From contig CAXXWQ010000004.1 in NCBI GenBank assembly GCA_963674945.2, forward strand, positions 1,568,001 to 1,632,000: 64,000 nucleotides of DNA, given 5' to 3'. The DNA comes from an uncultured Desulfosarcina sp. (lineage in GTDB: Bacteria > Desulfobacterota > Desulfobacteria > Desulfobacterales > Desulfosarcinaceae). Positions 1-9,428 of the stretch are shown piece by piece. The translations under genes and the position numbers were made by a program. The notes under the pieces were generated by a model. That model saw only the letters and a program-made list of their open reading frames with translations, was not told the DNA's origin and did not search any database. Every line of letters starts with the position of its first letter. Positions within the stretch are counted from its first letter, which is position 1.

Positions 1-911
1 CCGGGCGCCACATCGGTAATCACGGGTCCCAGCACGTAAAAAGGAGCACCGTGGCAAAGACGCTTTTCCATCATCATGTTGCCGGCGATCTCGTTGATGG
101 CCATGTGCCCCGGCCCCTCGATCATCACCTGAACGTTTTTCTCCCAGGCGGCCTTGGTCAGCTCTCCCAAGGTAATCAACTCCTCCACCTGACAGGCGTC
201 TGTGGCATCATGGAGACAACCGGGCCTGCAACCGTCTCCGAGGCTGAGGCTCACGTCGTACTGCTGGCAGACAGAAAGCAGCCGGTCGTAGTACTCGTAA
301 AAAGGGTTCTCCCTGTCGTTTAGCTGCATCCAGGTGAACATGAGGCTGCCGCCCCGGGAGACGATATTGGTGATGCGCTCCCGGCGCTTGATCTTCTCTG
401 CGGCCTGACGATTGAGGCCGGCATGAATGGTGAGAAAATCCACTCCGTCCTCGCAGTGGCGCTGTACCACATCGAAGATCTCATCCACGGTGAGATCCGC
501 AAGGTTCTTTTCGTAGAATCCCACTGCATCGTAAATGGGAACCGTGCCGATCATGGCCGGTGACATCTGTACCAGCCTGCGGCGAAACTCGCGGGTTTTT
601 CCGTAACAGGAGAGATCCATGATGGCTTCGGCCTTCAGGTCCAGCGCCAGGCGTACCTTTTCCATTTCCAGATCGACGTCGCAGCAGTCCTTGGAGATTC
701 CCAGGTTCACATTGATTTTGGTGCGAAGCCCCTGGCCGACCCCCTCGGGGTCCAGGTTCGTGTGGTTCTTGTTGGCAGGAATGATGACCTTGCCGGCGGC
801 GATCAAAGTACGCAACACCTCCGGCTGCATCTTCTCTTTCTTTGCTACGGTTTTCATCTGGGAGGTGAGAACTCCCTTGCGGGCGGCGTCCATCTGGGTA
901 GTGTAGTTCAT
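1..911 (-). CDS. thiC: Phosphomethylpyrimidine synthase ThiC (3' end outside window; absent from ORF track)
   Basis: Manual translation from ATG 911: [13 protein letters not shown]...[10 protein letters not shown]...AIMDLS...IGTVPIY...VSRGGS...SLGDGCRPG...QVMIEGPGH...[10 protein letters not shown]; follows thiF in a TPP-regulated operon. Confidence 0.95.
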   Translation of the reverse strand, partial: MNYTTQMDAARKGVLTSQMKTVAKKEKMQPEVLRTLIAAGKVIIPANKNHTNLDPEGVGQGLRTKINVNLGISKDCCDVDLEMEKVRLALDLKAEAIMDLSCYGKTREFRRRLVQMSPAMIGTVPIYDAVGFYEKNLADLTVDEIFDVVQRHCEDGVDFLTIHAGLNRQAAEKIKRRERITNIVSRGGSLMFTWMQLNDRENPFYEYYDRLLSVCQQYDVSLSLGDGCRPGCLHDATDACQVEELITLGELTKAAWEKNVQVMIEGPGHMAINEIAGNMMMEKRLCHGAPFYVLGPVITDVAP

Positions 912-930
912 TGGAAAACCTCTTTTTTTC

Positions 931-1029
931 AAGGGTTCGAGAGGCCGAGTATTTGAGGGATATAGGGTAAATACGAGGCAAAGTCCTCAATCCCCTTGAA
1001 CCCTCGACTCCTTGAATCCTCGAACCCTT
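931..1029. repeat. Imperfect inverted repeat built of 8-nt periodic units
   Basis: Perfect terminal IR AAGGGTTCGAG/CTCGAACCCTT; right arm cccttgaa-ccctcgac-tccttgaa-tcctcgaa. Confidence 0.75.
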
Positions 1030-1643
1030 CCCTCTAATATATTGGTTATTACGATATCCGCCTGTTTGGCGGCAGCGATGCCGACCACGGCGGATGTGGG
1101 CGGCATGGTTTCGGACACTTCCGACTGCTCGTCACCGACCAGGAAAAAATCCTCCCGAAACCGACGGGTCCGGATGCGGTTGTTTTCGCCCCACCCGCCG
1201 ATGCCGGAGGCACAGACCAGAAGGCGTGGATCGGCCGCAAACAGGTCGGCCATCATCTTCTTGTCTTGGGCGCCATCCAACGCCTCCACGATAATGTCAC
1301 AACCTGCAAATACCTGTACCGCGTTTTCCGAATCAATGCGAATGTCTTCACCCTGCATTTCCAAAACGGGCTGAATGCGCCGCAGGTTCTCTTCCAGTGC
1401 CGCGATCTTTTTCATGCCCACCTGATCAACAAAATAGAACTGACGGTTCAGGTTGGAGGACGCCACCGTGTCGAAATCGACGACCACCAGATGCCGGACA
1501 CCGGACCGAACCAGGTGCACGGCACAATTGCTTCCCAGTCCGCCGGCCCCGGCGATGCCCACACACACCGATCCCAAGCGGTTGACTTGTTCGGCGGTGA
1601 AGTACCGCGCAAGACCGGTTAAGAATGGATTGTGCTCGATCAA
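987..1643 (-). CDS. thiF: ThiS adenylyltransferase ThiF
   Basis: GIAGAGGLGSN, VVDFDTVASSNLNRQ, VEALD motifs; TTG start with GGAG RBS; thi operon context. Confidence 0.93.
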   Translation of the reverse strand: MIEHNPFLTGLARYFTAEQVNRLGSVCVGIAGAGGLGSNCAVHLVRSGVRHLVVVDFDTVASSNLNRQFYFVDQVGMKKIAALEENLRRIQPVLEMQGEDIRIDSENAVQVFAGCDIIVEALDGAQDKKMMADLFAADPRLLVCASGIGGWGENNRIRTRRFREDFFLVGDEQSEVSETMPPTSAVVGIAAAKQADIVITNILEGRVRGFKESRVQGD

Positions 1644-1674
1644 CGTTTTTTACTCCAAATCAACTGGGAAACCT

Positions 1675-1713
1675 CATCTGAACCTCGAACCGTGAACTAT
1701 GAACCGTGAACTT
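1675..1713. repeat. Degenerate 7-nt tandem repeat in the thiH-thiF spacer
   Basis: catctga-acctcga-accgtga-actatga-accgtga-actt. Confidence 0.75.
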
Positions 1714-2826
1714 TCAACTCCCCAGACACTGCCAATCCTTGTACACCGGTTGCCAGCCGACACGACGAAGCATGGCCGCCATCTCGGGTACCGAGCGCTC
1801 GTCTGAAATCTCGAACTGGCCGGTGTTATCCCCGGTATCGGTCCTTCCCCCCACGGCTGTGCAGGAACCGGCGGACATGCGGGTCACGCCGAGGGGTACG
1901 AGCCGGTCCCGGAACCGGGCGCTCTCCCTGGTGGAAATGGTGATGCCCGACCGGGGCATGAACAATCGCAGGGCCGCCATGATTTGAACGATGTGCCGGT
2001 CCTCCACGATGCAGGCCGGCTGAAAACCGCCCACATGGGGCCGCATGCGGGGCAGGCTGATACCGATTTCCGTCTCCGGGAAACGATCTTGCAGGTAACA
2101 GGCGTGGAGGCCGGTGAAAAAGGCGTCCTGCCGCCAGTCGTCCAGACCCAGCAACGCCCCCACGTTGACCCCGCGCATGCCGGCCTCACAGGCCCGCTGG
2201 GGGGCATCCAGGCGAAAGTGGTAGTCCCGCTTGGGTCCTTTGGGGTGCAGGTACGCATATAAGCTCTCGTTGTAGGTCTCCTGGTACAAGGTGAGGCTGT
2301 CGACCCCGACATCGATCAGTTGCCCATATTCCGGCCGGGTCAGGGCGTACACCTCGATGCCGATGGCCGGAAAGTAGCGGGAAAGGAGCCGGCAGCAGTC
2401 GGCGATGTAATCGACGGTGGCAATTTTGGGTGCTTCGCCGGTGAGGATCAGGATGTGCTTGAGCCCCGTATCGGCGATGGCCTTGGCCTCGCGTTCCAGC
2501 GCCTCCATGGTCAACTGGTGCCGCCGGATGCGGTTGGCGCAGTTGAAGCCGCAGTACAGGCAATAGTTGGTGCAGTAGTTTGACAGATACAGGGGCGTAA
2601 ACAGCACCATGGTCCGGCCGAACTGGCAGACGGTAAGGTGGTGGGCCTTCTGGGCCATGGTCTCCAGGTGGGGCTCGGCAGCAGGAGAGAGAAGGCATAG
2701 AAAATCGTCGGCACAAAGCGTACGTTTGGCCAGGGCCCGCAAAACGTCGCTATCGGTTATGGACGCCACCCTTTTGGCGACCGCGCCCGTTTCATATTGA
2801 TTCATCGTGTCGCAGTAACTATTCAT
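1714..2826 (-). CDS. thiH: 2-iminoacetate synthase (radical SAM tyrosine lyase) ThiH
   Basis: [17 protein letters not shown]xxxCxx[28 protein letters not shown] motifs. Confidence 0.96.
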   Translation of the reverse strand: MNSYCDTMNQYETGAVAKRVASITDSDVLRALAKRTLCADDFLCLLSPAAEPHLETMAQKAHHLTVCQFGRTMVLFTPLYLSNYCTNYCLYCGFNCANRIRRHQLTMEALEREAKAIADTGLKHILILTGEAPKIATVDYIADCCRLLSRYFPAIGIEVYALTRPEYGQLIDVGVDSLTLYQETYNESLYAYLHPKGPKRDYHFRLDAPQRACEAGMRGVNVGALLGLDDWRQDAFFTGLHACYLQDRFPETEIGISLPRMRPHVGGFQPACIVEDRHIVQIMAALRLFMPRSGITISTRESARFRDRLVPLGVTRMSAGSCTAVGGRTDTGDNTGQFEISDERSVPEMAAMLRRVGWQPVYKDWQCLGS

Positions 2827-3604
2827 ACAGAAACCCCGTCAACGGAGAAGAGGCTGCCGCCTTCACGCCCACGGCGCCGGGTCCGGCCCGCCATGCTTCA
2901 CGGCCGGCCCGGATGGCGCGCGCGAATGACCCGGCCATGGCCACCGGATCCGCGGCACTGGCAATGGCCGTGTTCACCAGACAGGCATCGGCCCCCATCT
3001 CCATCGCCTCACATGCCTGGGACGGCCTGCCGATTCCCGCGTCCACCACGACGGGGACAGATGCCTCCTCGATGATGATCTGCAGCATGTCCCGTGTGGT
3101 CAGCCCACGGTTGGTGCCGATGGGCGCAGCCAGGGGCATGACGGCGGCGGCGCCGGCATCCTCCAGTTGGTGTGCGATCACCGGGTCCGCATTGATGTAT
3201 GGCAGTACCACGAATCCTTCCTTGACCAGCGCCGCGGTGGCCATCAGGGTACCGTGACCATCGGGAAGAAGGTTCTTGTTATCCGGAATCACTTCGATCT
3301 TCACCCAGTTCCCGCAACCGGTGGCCCGGGCCAGGCGGGCGATGCGAATGGCCTCGTCGGCATCGCGGGCACCGGAGGTATTGGGCAGAAGCTGCATGGT
3401 GTCGGGAATGTGTTGCATCACGTTGTCCGTGGCAGCCTCGAAATCCACACGGCGAAGGGCCACGGTGATGATCCGGGCCCCCGATTGTTCGATGATTTTC
3501 GGGATCATCTCGTCAGATGGGTACTTTCCCGTGCCGATGAGCAGCCTGGAACCGAATTGCTGATCGCCGATGACCAGCGGATCGGGAATTTGTCCTGCGT
3601 TCAT
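2819..3604 (-). CDS. thiG: Thiazole synthase ThiG
   Basis: [42 protein letters not shown] motifs; start placed at ATG 3604 just after the thiS stop. Confidence 0.96.
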   Translation of the reverse strand: MNAGQIPDPLVIGDQQFGSRLLIGTGKYPSDEMIPKIIEQSGARIITVALRRVDFEAATDNVMQHIPDTMQLLPNTSGARDADEAIRIARLARATGCGNWVKIEVIPDNKNLLPDGHGTLMATAALVKEGFVVLPYINADPVIAHQLEDAGAAAVMPLAAPIGTNRGLTTRDMLQIIIEEASVPVVVDAGIGRPSQACEAMEMGADACLVNTAIASAADPVAMAGSFARAIRAGREAWRAGPGAVGVKAAASSPLTGFLYE

Positions 3605-3608
3605 GGTT

Positions 3609-3809
3609 TCATCCTCCACCGACGAATCGGAGAACTTCGAGCGTGTCGTTCTCCTTGAGCACCATCTCGTACCACTGCTTTGCGTCGATGATGTCCCGAT
3701 TATGCTCCACCACCACGGTTTTCGGATCGAGTCCTTTTTCCCGAATCAGGTCCCCGATGGTCGTTTCCAGGCCCACCGATTCAGGTTTGCCGTTCAGCTG
3801 GATGTACAT
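3609..3809 (-). CDS. thiS: Sulfur carrier protein ThiS (66 aa)
   Basis: MYIQLNGK...LEVLRFVGGG C-terminal GG; GGAG RBS upstream of ATG 3809. Confidence 0.96.
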   Translation of the reverse strand: MYIQLNGKPESVGLETTIGDLIREKGLDPKTVVVEHNRDIIDAKQWYEMVLKENDTLEVLRFVGGG

Positions 3810-3825
3810 TGGTCGTCTCCACACG

Positions 3826-3866
3826 AAAAATAAAAGGCCCGCTTCCCTTGTGCGGGAAGCGGGCCT
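3826..3866 (-). terminator. Intrinsic terminator forming the riboswitch expression platform
   Basis: Minus strand AGGCCCGCTTCCC-gcacaa-GGGAAGCGGGCCT followed by TTTTATTTT. Confidence 0.9.
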
Positions 3867-3894
3867 GACAAAAAGTTTCGATTCCGGTTTTTTG

Positions 3895-3990
3895 TCATGC
3901 TTCCCTACGGCAGTATGATCTGCATCAGGTTCGAAGGGTCGGCGCCGTTTCGCCATCTCAGCCCCCGGTGGGGCACCCCCAGCATTAATG
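3895..3990 (-). ncRNA. TPP riboswitch aptamer
   Basis: Minus strand GCTGGGGGTGCCC...GGGCTGAGA...GACCCTTCGAACCTGATGCAGATCATACTGCCGTAGGGAAGC matches the THI-box consensus; directly upstream of thiS. Confidence 0.96.
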
Positions 3991-3997
3991 TCAAAGC

Positions 3998-4026
3998 ATT
4001 GTAAGGAGTGCGATCTGCAAAGTCAA
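3998..4026 (-). promoter_or_regulatory. Sigma70 promoter of the thi operon
   Basis: TTGACT-17 nt-TACAAT just upstream of the aptamer. Confidence 0.75.
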
Positions 4027-4210
4027 GCCATTAAAAAGCTTTTCCAGACCCAATATGGCCAAACAGTTTTACGAAAGAAACTCATTCATCCATTATCTTT
4101 CCGATATGTTGAAATGGGAAAATCTTTTTATAAATTTTCTATCTTTTCTCTGTGCTCTTTGTGTCCTTGCGGTGAAAGAATTAGGTCTTCATATTTACGA
4201 ATGGATGTAC

Positions 4211-5485
4211 TTAACCGTGAATTGTCACATCCGCACCCAACTGGCCAAACCGGTTTACGATATCGAAATGCCCCCGGCCGATCTGGTAGACATCGTGGAT
4301 CCGGGTGGTCTCGGGACAGGCCAGCCCCGCCAGGAGAATGCACGAGGCAGCACGGATGTTGTCCGGATGGGTGTCGGCACCCCGAAACGTGGTGGGGCCG
4401 TTGACGATGGCAAGACCGTCCTCTTCGTCCAGATCGATGTCGGCCCCCAGTTTGCGAAGTTCGGCCACCTGGGAGAAACGCTTGTCGAAAATGCGTTCCC
4501 GGATATAGCTCTGGCCGTCGGCGATGCAGGAGAGGGCCATGATGGCCGGCTGAAAATCGGTGGCAAAACCCGGATAGGGACAGGTGAGCACGTTTACCGG
4601 CCGCAGGTTTTTTCCCTTTGATTCGACGTCCAGCACATGACCATTGATGCCGATGGTCACCCCCATCTGCTTCATCTTTTCGATGAGAATGCACAGATCC
4701 CCGGGTGCCACGCCGATGATGGAGACCTTGCCGCCGGCGATCGCGGCGGCGATCATCCACAGCCCTGCGTCCAGGCGATCGTTCATGGCGTAAAAGTCGA
4801 CGGGATCGAACCGGTTGACCCCCTCCACGGTGAGGGTGCGGGTGCCCAGGCCGTGGATCTTTCCCCCCATCTTGTTGAGAAAATTGGCGAAATCGAAAAT
4901 CTCCGGATCCGACGCCGCGTTTTCGATGACGGAAATCCCCTTTGAGAAACAGGCCGCCATCATCAGGTTCTCCGTACCGGTATGGCTGGGAAAGTCCAGG
5001 TACATGGTGGCGGCGGTAAAATCCTCGCCGCGGATGACGAAAGCGTCGTCGTTGGTGATGCAGGCGCCCAGGCGGGCGAACCCCCGGTAGTGGTAGTTGA
5101 GGTTCCGGGCTCCCAAGGGGCAGCCGCCGACGCCGGGCAGACGCACTTCGCCCAGCCGTTTTAGCAGGGGCGGGATAAAGAGCACCGATGCCCGCAGGCG
5201 GCAGGTGAGGGAATCGGGAAGATCCGAACGGGTCAGGTGGGTGGCGTCCACGCACACCACCTTCTCGTTGGGGAAGTAGTCCACCGTGGCCCCCACATGG
5301 CGCATGATATCCAGGGCCACCATGATGTCGTTTAAGGGAGGAACGTTCCGGATGACGCTGCACCCCTGTTCCGCCAGCAGACTCGCTGCCAGCATGGGCA
5401 AAATGGCATTTTTCGATCCTTGGACACACACGCTTCCCGAAAGGGGTTTTCCCCCCTTGATTTCGATGTACGCCTTAGCTGTCAT
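4211..5485 (-). CDS. murA: UDP-N-acetylglucosamine enolpyruvyl transferase (divergent MurA family)
   Basis: GSKNA, LRAS, GGCPLGAR, SHTGTEN, PYPGFATDFQ, FDKRF motifs; start set at MTAKAYIEIKGG. Confidence 0.85.
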   Translation of the reverse strand: MTAKAYIEIKGGKPLSGSVCVQGSKNAILPMLAASLLAEQGCSVIRNVPPLNDIMVALDIMRHVGATVDYFPNEKVVCVDATHLTRSDLPDSLTCRLRASVLFIPPLLKRLGEVRLPGVGGCPLGARNLNYHYRGFARLGACITNDDAFVIRGEDFTAATMYLDFPSHTGTENLMMAACFSKGISVIENAASDPEIFDFANFLNKMGGKIHGLGTRTLTVEGVNRFDPVDFYAMNDRLDAGLWMIAAAIAGGKVSIIGVAPGDLCILIEKMKQMGVTIGINGHVLDVESKGKNLRPVNVLTCPYPGFATDFQPAIMALSCIADGQSYIRERIFDKRFSQVAELRKLGADIDLDEEDGLAIVNGPTTFRGADTHPDNIRAASCILLAGLACPETTRIHDVYQIGRGHFDIVNRFGQLGADVTIHG

Positions 5486-5603
5486 GGGGCTTTGCCTCGC
5501 TTGGGTTCGCAGACTGAAGTTGAGAGCTTCATCGGGACCTTTTTCCGCATTAATCTTACACAAAAGCGAATCCACGGCAACTGGTTTTGTTCAGTCGATT
5601 TGA

Positions 5604-5894
5604 AACATTGAACATCGAACGTCCAACGTCGAATGATGCGATCGCTTCGGCCCACCATTGAAAAAAAATCCCCATACACAAATCCAAAATCACAAACAAA
5701 TCACAATAACCAATTTTTCAAATGCCAAACAAGGCAGCCGCAAAGGTGGATAATTTCTCCTTTGAACTGAGAATCGTCTGTTGTTTGATCTTTTGAATTT
5801 GGAATTTGCTTTAGCTATTGGTGCCTGTAATTTGGAACTTTACGTTATGAGTTTTACCTTATTCAACGTTCCATGTTGGAAGTTCGATGTTCGA
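5604..5894. repeat. Nested imperfect inverted repeats of 7-nt periodic units
   Basis: Outer aacattg-aacatcg-aacgtcc-aacgtcg (5604-5631) versus caacgtt-ccatgtt-ggaagtt-cgatgtt (5864-5891); inner CAAA-rich (about 5678-5732) and TTTG-rich (about 5781-5841) arms. Confidence 0.75.
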
Positions 5895-5909
5895 CCTTCA
5901 AGCCAATGC

Positions 5910-6401
5910 TCAATTTCCAAACATGGGGCCCGACGGGCCAAGGTGGCAGGAGTAGCAGCCGAAACCGCGACGGGTGATGATGCTGAAGGATTTTTTGCCC
6001 AAGGTCTCGGCCATCATGGGAACCAGGCGGTCCAGCTTCAGCCGGGTGGTGTCCGGGTATTTCTCGAACTCGGGGCCGAGAAGCAGCTTGCCGGAAAGCC
6101 GTGGCAGATGGGCCGTTGGCATCTGAAACTTGCCCGATTTGGCGTTTTGTCCGTGGCACAGGGTGCAATCCACCGAGGCGAAACGGTCTGGGCGCCAGGA
6201 ACCGAAAAGCTCGGCCGCGCGCGGCAGGATTTCTTTTTTCATATGGGCTTTTCGCTGATCGAGGCTCATCTCCTTCCAGGTCAATCGTTTTCCATCGGCG
6301 TCCATGGGTCCAACCCCCTTTGAAAGACATCCCGGAAAAAGGAAAAGCGGTATAATGGAAAGGACGAAGAACCGGATCGGCTTCGAATAGCGCCTGGTCA
6401 T
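5910..6401 (-). CDS. Diheme c-type cytochrome, predicted lipoprotein
   Basis: Two CxxCH motifs (CTLCH, CYSCH); signal peptide ending FPGC; AGGAGG RBS. Confidence 0.8.
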   Translation of the reverse strand: MTRRYSKPIRFFVLSIIPLFLFPGCLSKGVGPMDADGKRLTWKEMSLDQRKAHMKKEILPRAAELFGSWRPDRFASVDCTLCHGQNAKSGKFQMPTAHLPRLSGKLLLGPEFEKYPDTTRLKLDRLVPMMAETLGKKSFSIITRRGFGCYSCHLGPSGPMFGN

Positions 6402-6520
6402 TGTTTCCCTCCTTTGCGTAAAGAAATGGGTTGAACAGGTGAAAGTTCATTTTTCGCGGGTATGGCTCGCTCTCAGAATGAATGCCATAGCCGGCCTTGC
6501 GGCAAAAAAGGAGAACGGTC

Positions 6521-8869
6521 TTAACCCACGTTTCGGGTGGTTTCTGGCAAGGCAACCGCTTTTTCCATGTTGACGGCCACGCGAAGGGCCTTGAGCCCCC
6601 GTACCCCGGGTAGGTCTTCCAGGTCCAGGTTCTCTGTCCCGTCGCACAGATATCCACAGCTTGAGAGATATTCGATATGGTGGTGCATCTGTAACCCCTC
6701 ATCGGGGTGGGAATAGACGATGGCGATCTTTCCCGGTTGGGTGAGGCGCTGCTTGCCTCCCTTGGCCATGGCCTTGTCCAGACGGGATTTGATGATTTCA
6801 TGGCGCACGTCGTAAGCGCCATCCACATCGAAACGCTTCTCGTCGTACCGGAACCGAATGGAAAGGGGTGAATGGTTCACCAGAACCAGGTGACAGGTAT
6901 CCAGCGGGACTTTCAAGGACGATTGTATCTCTGCCGTTTTTCGGGCAAGGCCGCAGGCGACCTCCAGTTGCCAGAGAACGAGGCTCTTCAAATAAAATGC
7001 ATTGAAATTTCCCTTCGGGTGCATGGACGCCCCGAGATAGATGACATAGTCGACACCGTCGGTCTGGTGTTTTTCGAAATAGTGGGGAAATACCTGTTGC
7101 GCATTTCGCTGCTGCCCGTCCAGATAGGCGGACAGCTGTTCGTTCAGTGAAGAGACACTTTCTTCGAATGCCTTTCGCTTCTCATAGACCACCCCCATGG
7201 CCGGATCGATGGCACGGTTGTATCGGTCGATGGCATGACCGACACCGGGACCGATCCGGCGAAGCTCGTCAAAGCAGGGCTCCACTTCCGCCTGGAGAAA
7301 AGAAGCCACGAGACGTTCTTCCTCGGCGGACAGACCGGTCCGGATGTCCTCGATCTTCCTGGTGATCCGATGGCGAAGTTCGCTGATCAGGGACCATGAT
7401 TTGATCTCCCCTGCCCGGCCCATGACGGCATCGGCCAGGGTCAGTTGCTCTGTCAGATCCGCCTGCACGCCCTGAATGCGGGCCTCGGAAGAACCCCGGA
7501 TATCCGACTGGCCGAACAGGGGGATGACATTTTTGAACACGATGGTTTCCATCTCCGACGGCTCTCCCCGTCGGATTCGCTCCATGTGATCGATGGCGGC
7601 CCGGCGGAACCGCCACTCCACCGAAGGATGAATGGCCGTACACTTTGTTTTGATGATCGCCTGCACCTCGTTGTCCATGTCCTCCAACCCGCGCTTCAAC
7701 GCCATGGAAAACAAAGGGGCGATGTGGCCCATCTTCTCGGCGTCCACGGCGTCCAGCGTGTCGGGTTGGTTGGATCTGATACAAAAGGTACCCACAGCAT
7801 CGCCGCCGAAAAAAAGCGGCGCCACCATTATGGATCGGACGCCGTGGTCCACCAGTTCCTGCTCCGACGCACAGCGGACGGACTTTTTCCGCAAATCGGA
7901 TATGCGGACGATCTTTTTTTGCTGGACGGCCTTGCTCCAGATGGAGCCCGTCAATTCTTCCATGGGAATGTGGCTGGAGTTGGTGAACAGGCAGTTGGCA
8001 TCAGAGGCTTGTCTGTCATTGAAGATCAGCACCTGCTCACCCTGTAAACCGGCGAGACCGGCCTTGAGATTGGGCTGTCCAAACAGGGTACAGAGCCGGT
8101 CCTGGAGTCTTTTGAAACCATGGGCGGAGAATATGGATTTCTGGTCGATCAGGTCCCGCTCAATGGCGGAGACGACCTCCGATTCGGTCACCTCCATGGC
8201 CCGATCCACCGTAAAGCCGCGGAGAATGAACTTTTCCGGTGGCAGGATGGCAGTCAGTGCCCCTATATCGGCCATGCGGGAAAGAATCTGTTCACGGTCC
8301 CTCTCGGAGAGTTCCAATGGAGAGCCCACGGTGCCCACCTGTACGAACTGAAAATCGGAGATGATCTGAAAATAGCGTTCAAGACCCGAATCCGGATCGG
8401 TCACGATTCGTACCATTGGGCTGTCTGGATTCTGGTCGATTCCGTAAAGCCGATGAAGGATCAGGGCATAGGATCGCAGGAGACGATGATGATCCAACCC
8501 CTTTTCGACTCCTTTGAAACGTCCGGCGATCTTCCCGTCCGCGTCAAGCAAACGTTTTTCATAAGCAGGTGTCAAGAAGATGGGTTGGTGGGTGAAGGGT
8601 GTAAAGGCACCGCTGAGTTCGGTCTCCCAGGTGGACTGGGGAAAGACGACACTCATCAACGGCGCCAGGATATCCTGATGGTCGGCGGCGACCGCCGGTT
8701 TTTCGATGTCCCCGTTTAATTCGGGTGTCTGGCGGACCCGTTTTTCGAATACGTCGAACATGGCGGCCATGTGTGGACAATTGGGTGCCACCTTCTCCCG
8801 CCAGAAATCCAGCAAGGGGTCGAGACTCAAAACAGTATGGATCGTGTACGGTATCTGTTCCTTGGCCAT
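6521..8869 (-). CDS. Large GAF-domain protein (about 782 aa) with cyclase-like C-terminal motifs
   Basis: GAF segment GVRSIMVAPLFFGGDAVGTFCIRS; C-terminal SDIRGSS, EKHQTDG and FDVDGAYD motifs; start MAKEQIPY after GAAGG. Confidence 0.75.
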   Translation of the reverse strand: MAKEQIPYTIHTVLSLDPLLDFWREKVAPNCPHMAAMFDVFEKRVRQTPELNGDIEKPAVAADHQDILAPLMSVVFPQSTWETELSGAFTPFTHQPIFLTPAYEKRLLDADGKIAGRFKGVEKGLDHHRLLRSYALILHRLYGIDQNPDSPMVRIVTDPDSGLERYFQIISDFQFVQVGTVGSPLELSERDREQILSRMADIGALTAILPPEKFILRGFTVDRAMEVTESEVVSAIERDLIDQKSIFSAHGFKRLQDRLCTLFGQPNLKAGLAGLQGEQVLIFNDRQASDANCLFTNSSHIPMEELTGSIWSKAVQQKKIVRISDLRKKSVRCASEQELVDHGVRSIMVAPLFFGGDAVGTFCIRSNQPDTLDAVDAEKMGHIAPLFSMALKRGLEDMDNEVQAIIKTKCTAIHPSVEWRFRRAAIDHMERIRRGEPSEMETIVFKNVIPLFGQSDIRGSSEARIQGVQADLTEQLTLADAVMGRAGEIKSWSLISELRHRITRKIEDIRTGLSAEEERLVASFLQAEVEPCFDELRRIGPGVGHAIDRYNRAIDPAMGVVYEKRKAFEESVSSLNEQLSAYLDGQQRNAQQVFPHYFEKHQTDGVDYVIYLGASMHPKGNFNAFYLKSLVLWQLEVACGLARKTAEIQSSLKVPLDTCHLVLVNHSPLSIRFRYDEKRFDVDGAYDVRHEIIKSRLDKAMAKGGKQRLTQPGKIAIVYSHPDEGLQMHHHIEYLSSCGYLCDGTENLDLEDLPGVRGLKALRVAVNMEKAVALPETTRNVG

Positions 8870-9184
8870 AACCTTCTCTTTCGTTGGATAAGACGCCGAA
8901 AGACCAGCAGCTTGAATAAGCAACAACCCGGGATAGAATGCTCGGCGTTGGTATCCCATGGTAGGGGATACGCTGTGATTATGGGAAACCGCAGAAGTCA
9001 GAATTCAGCGCCGCCGCCGACCTTTGGCCGGTTTGAACGACAACTGAAACTATGCCAGTTTGGTGTAGTTTCATACGAGCGCCACATATCTTTCGAATAG
9101 CCCCAAAAGTATGAGTTATCTAAACTGATCTAACATAATCACGTGGATGGAAAAAGCCAGCGGCGGAAGGGGAATCACATGGTG

Positions 9185-9233
9185 AAAAAAAAATGCCCGT
9201 TTCGAACCGCGGTCCGAACGGGCATTTTTTTTT
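9185..9233. terminator. Bidirectional intrinsic terminator after the qrc operon
   Basis: A8-TGCCCGTT...AACGGGCA-T8 hairpin. Confidence 0.9.
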
Positions 9234-9243
9234 GGAGAAACGA

Positions 9244-9408
9244 TCAGTGGTGGCCGTGGCCGCCGTCTCCTTTTCCGGTATCGATTACGGTCTTGATCAG
9301 GCAATAGGTCATGCCCATGCCGATGACGGAAAGGGCGTACCAGAGACCGCCGTGAAACACAACGTGGCCGGCGTCCCAGACCCATTCGAAACAAATAAAG
9401 GGAAACAT
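9244..9408 (-). CDS. Small membrane protein (54 aa), last gene of the qrc operon; below ORF-track cutoff
   Basis: MFPFICFEWVWDAGHVVFHGGLWYALSVIGMGMTYCLIKTVIDTGKGDGGHGHH; GGAGGAG RBS; 20 nt after the qrcD stop and directly before the terminator. Confidence 0.8.
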   Translation of the reverse strand: MFPFICFEWVWDAGHVVFHGGLWYALSVIGMGMTYCLIKTVIDTGKGDGGHGHH

Positions 9409-9428
9409 GTTCTCTCCTCCTTCTTCGG

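Noticed and set aside
1..911. BzaF/BzaAB instead of ThiC
   Set aside because: The TPP riboswitch and thiSGHF context favour ThiC
3810..3956. Extended 115-aa ThiS
   Set aside because: Runs through the riboswitch and terminator; ThiS starts at 3809
4128..5429. 433-aa same-strand ORF overlapping murA
   Set aside because: Arg/Gly/Pro-rich alternate frame typical of GC-rich coding DNA
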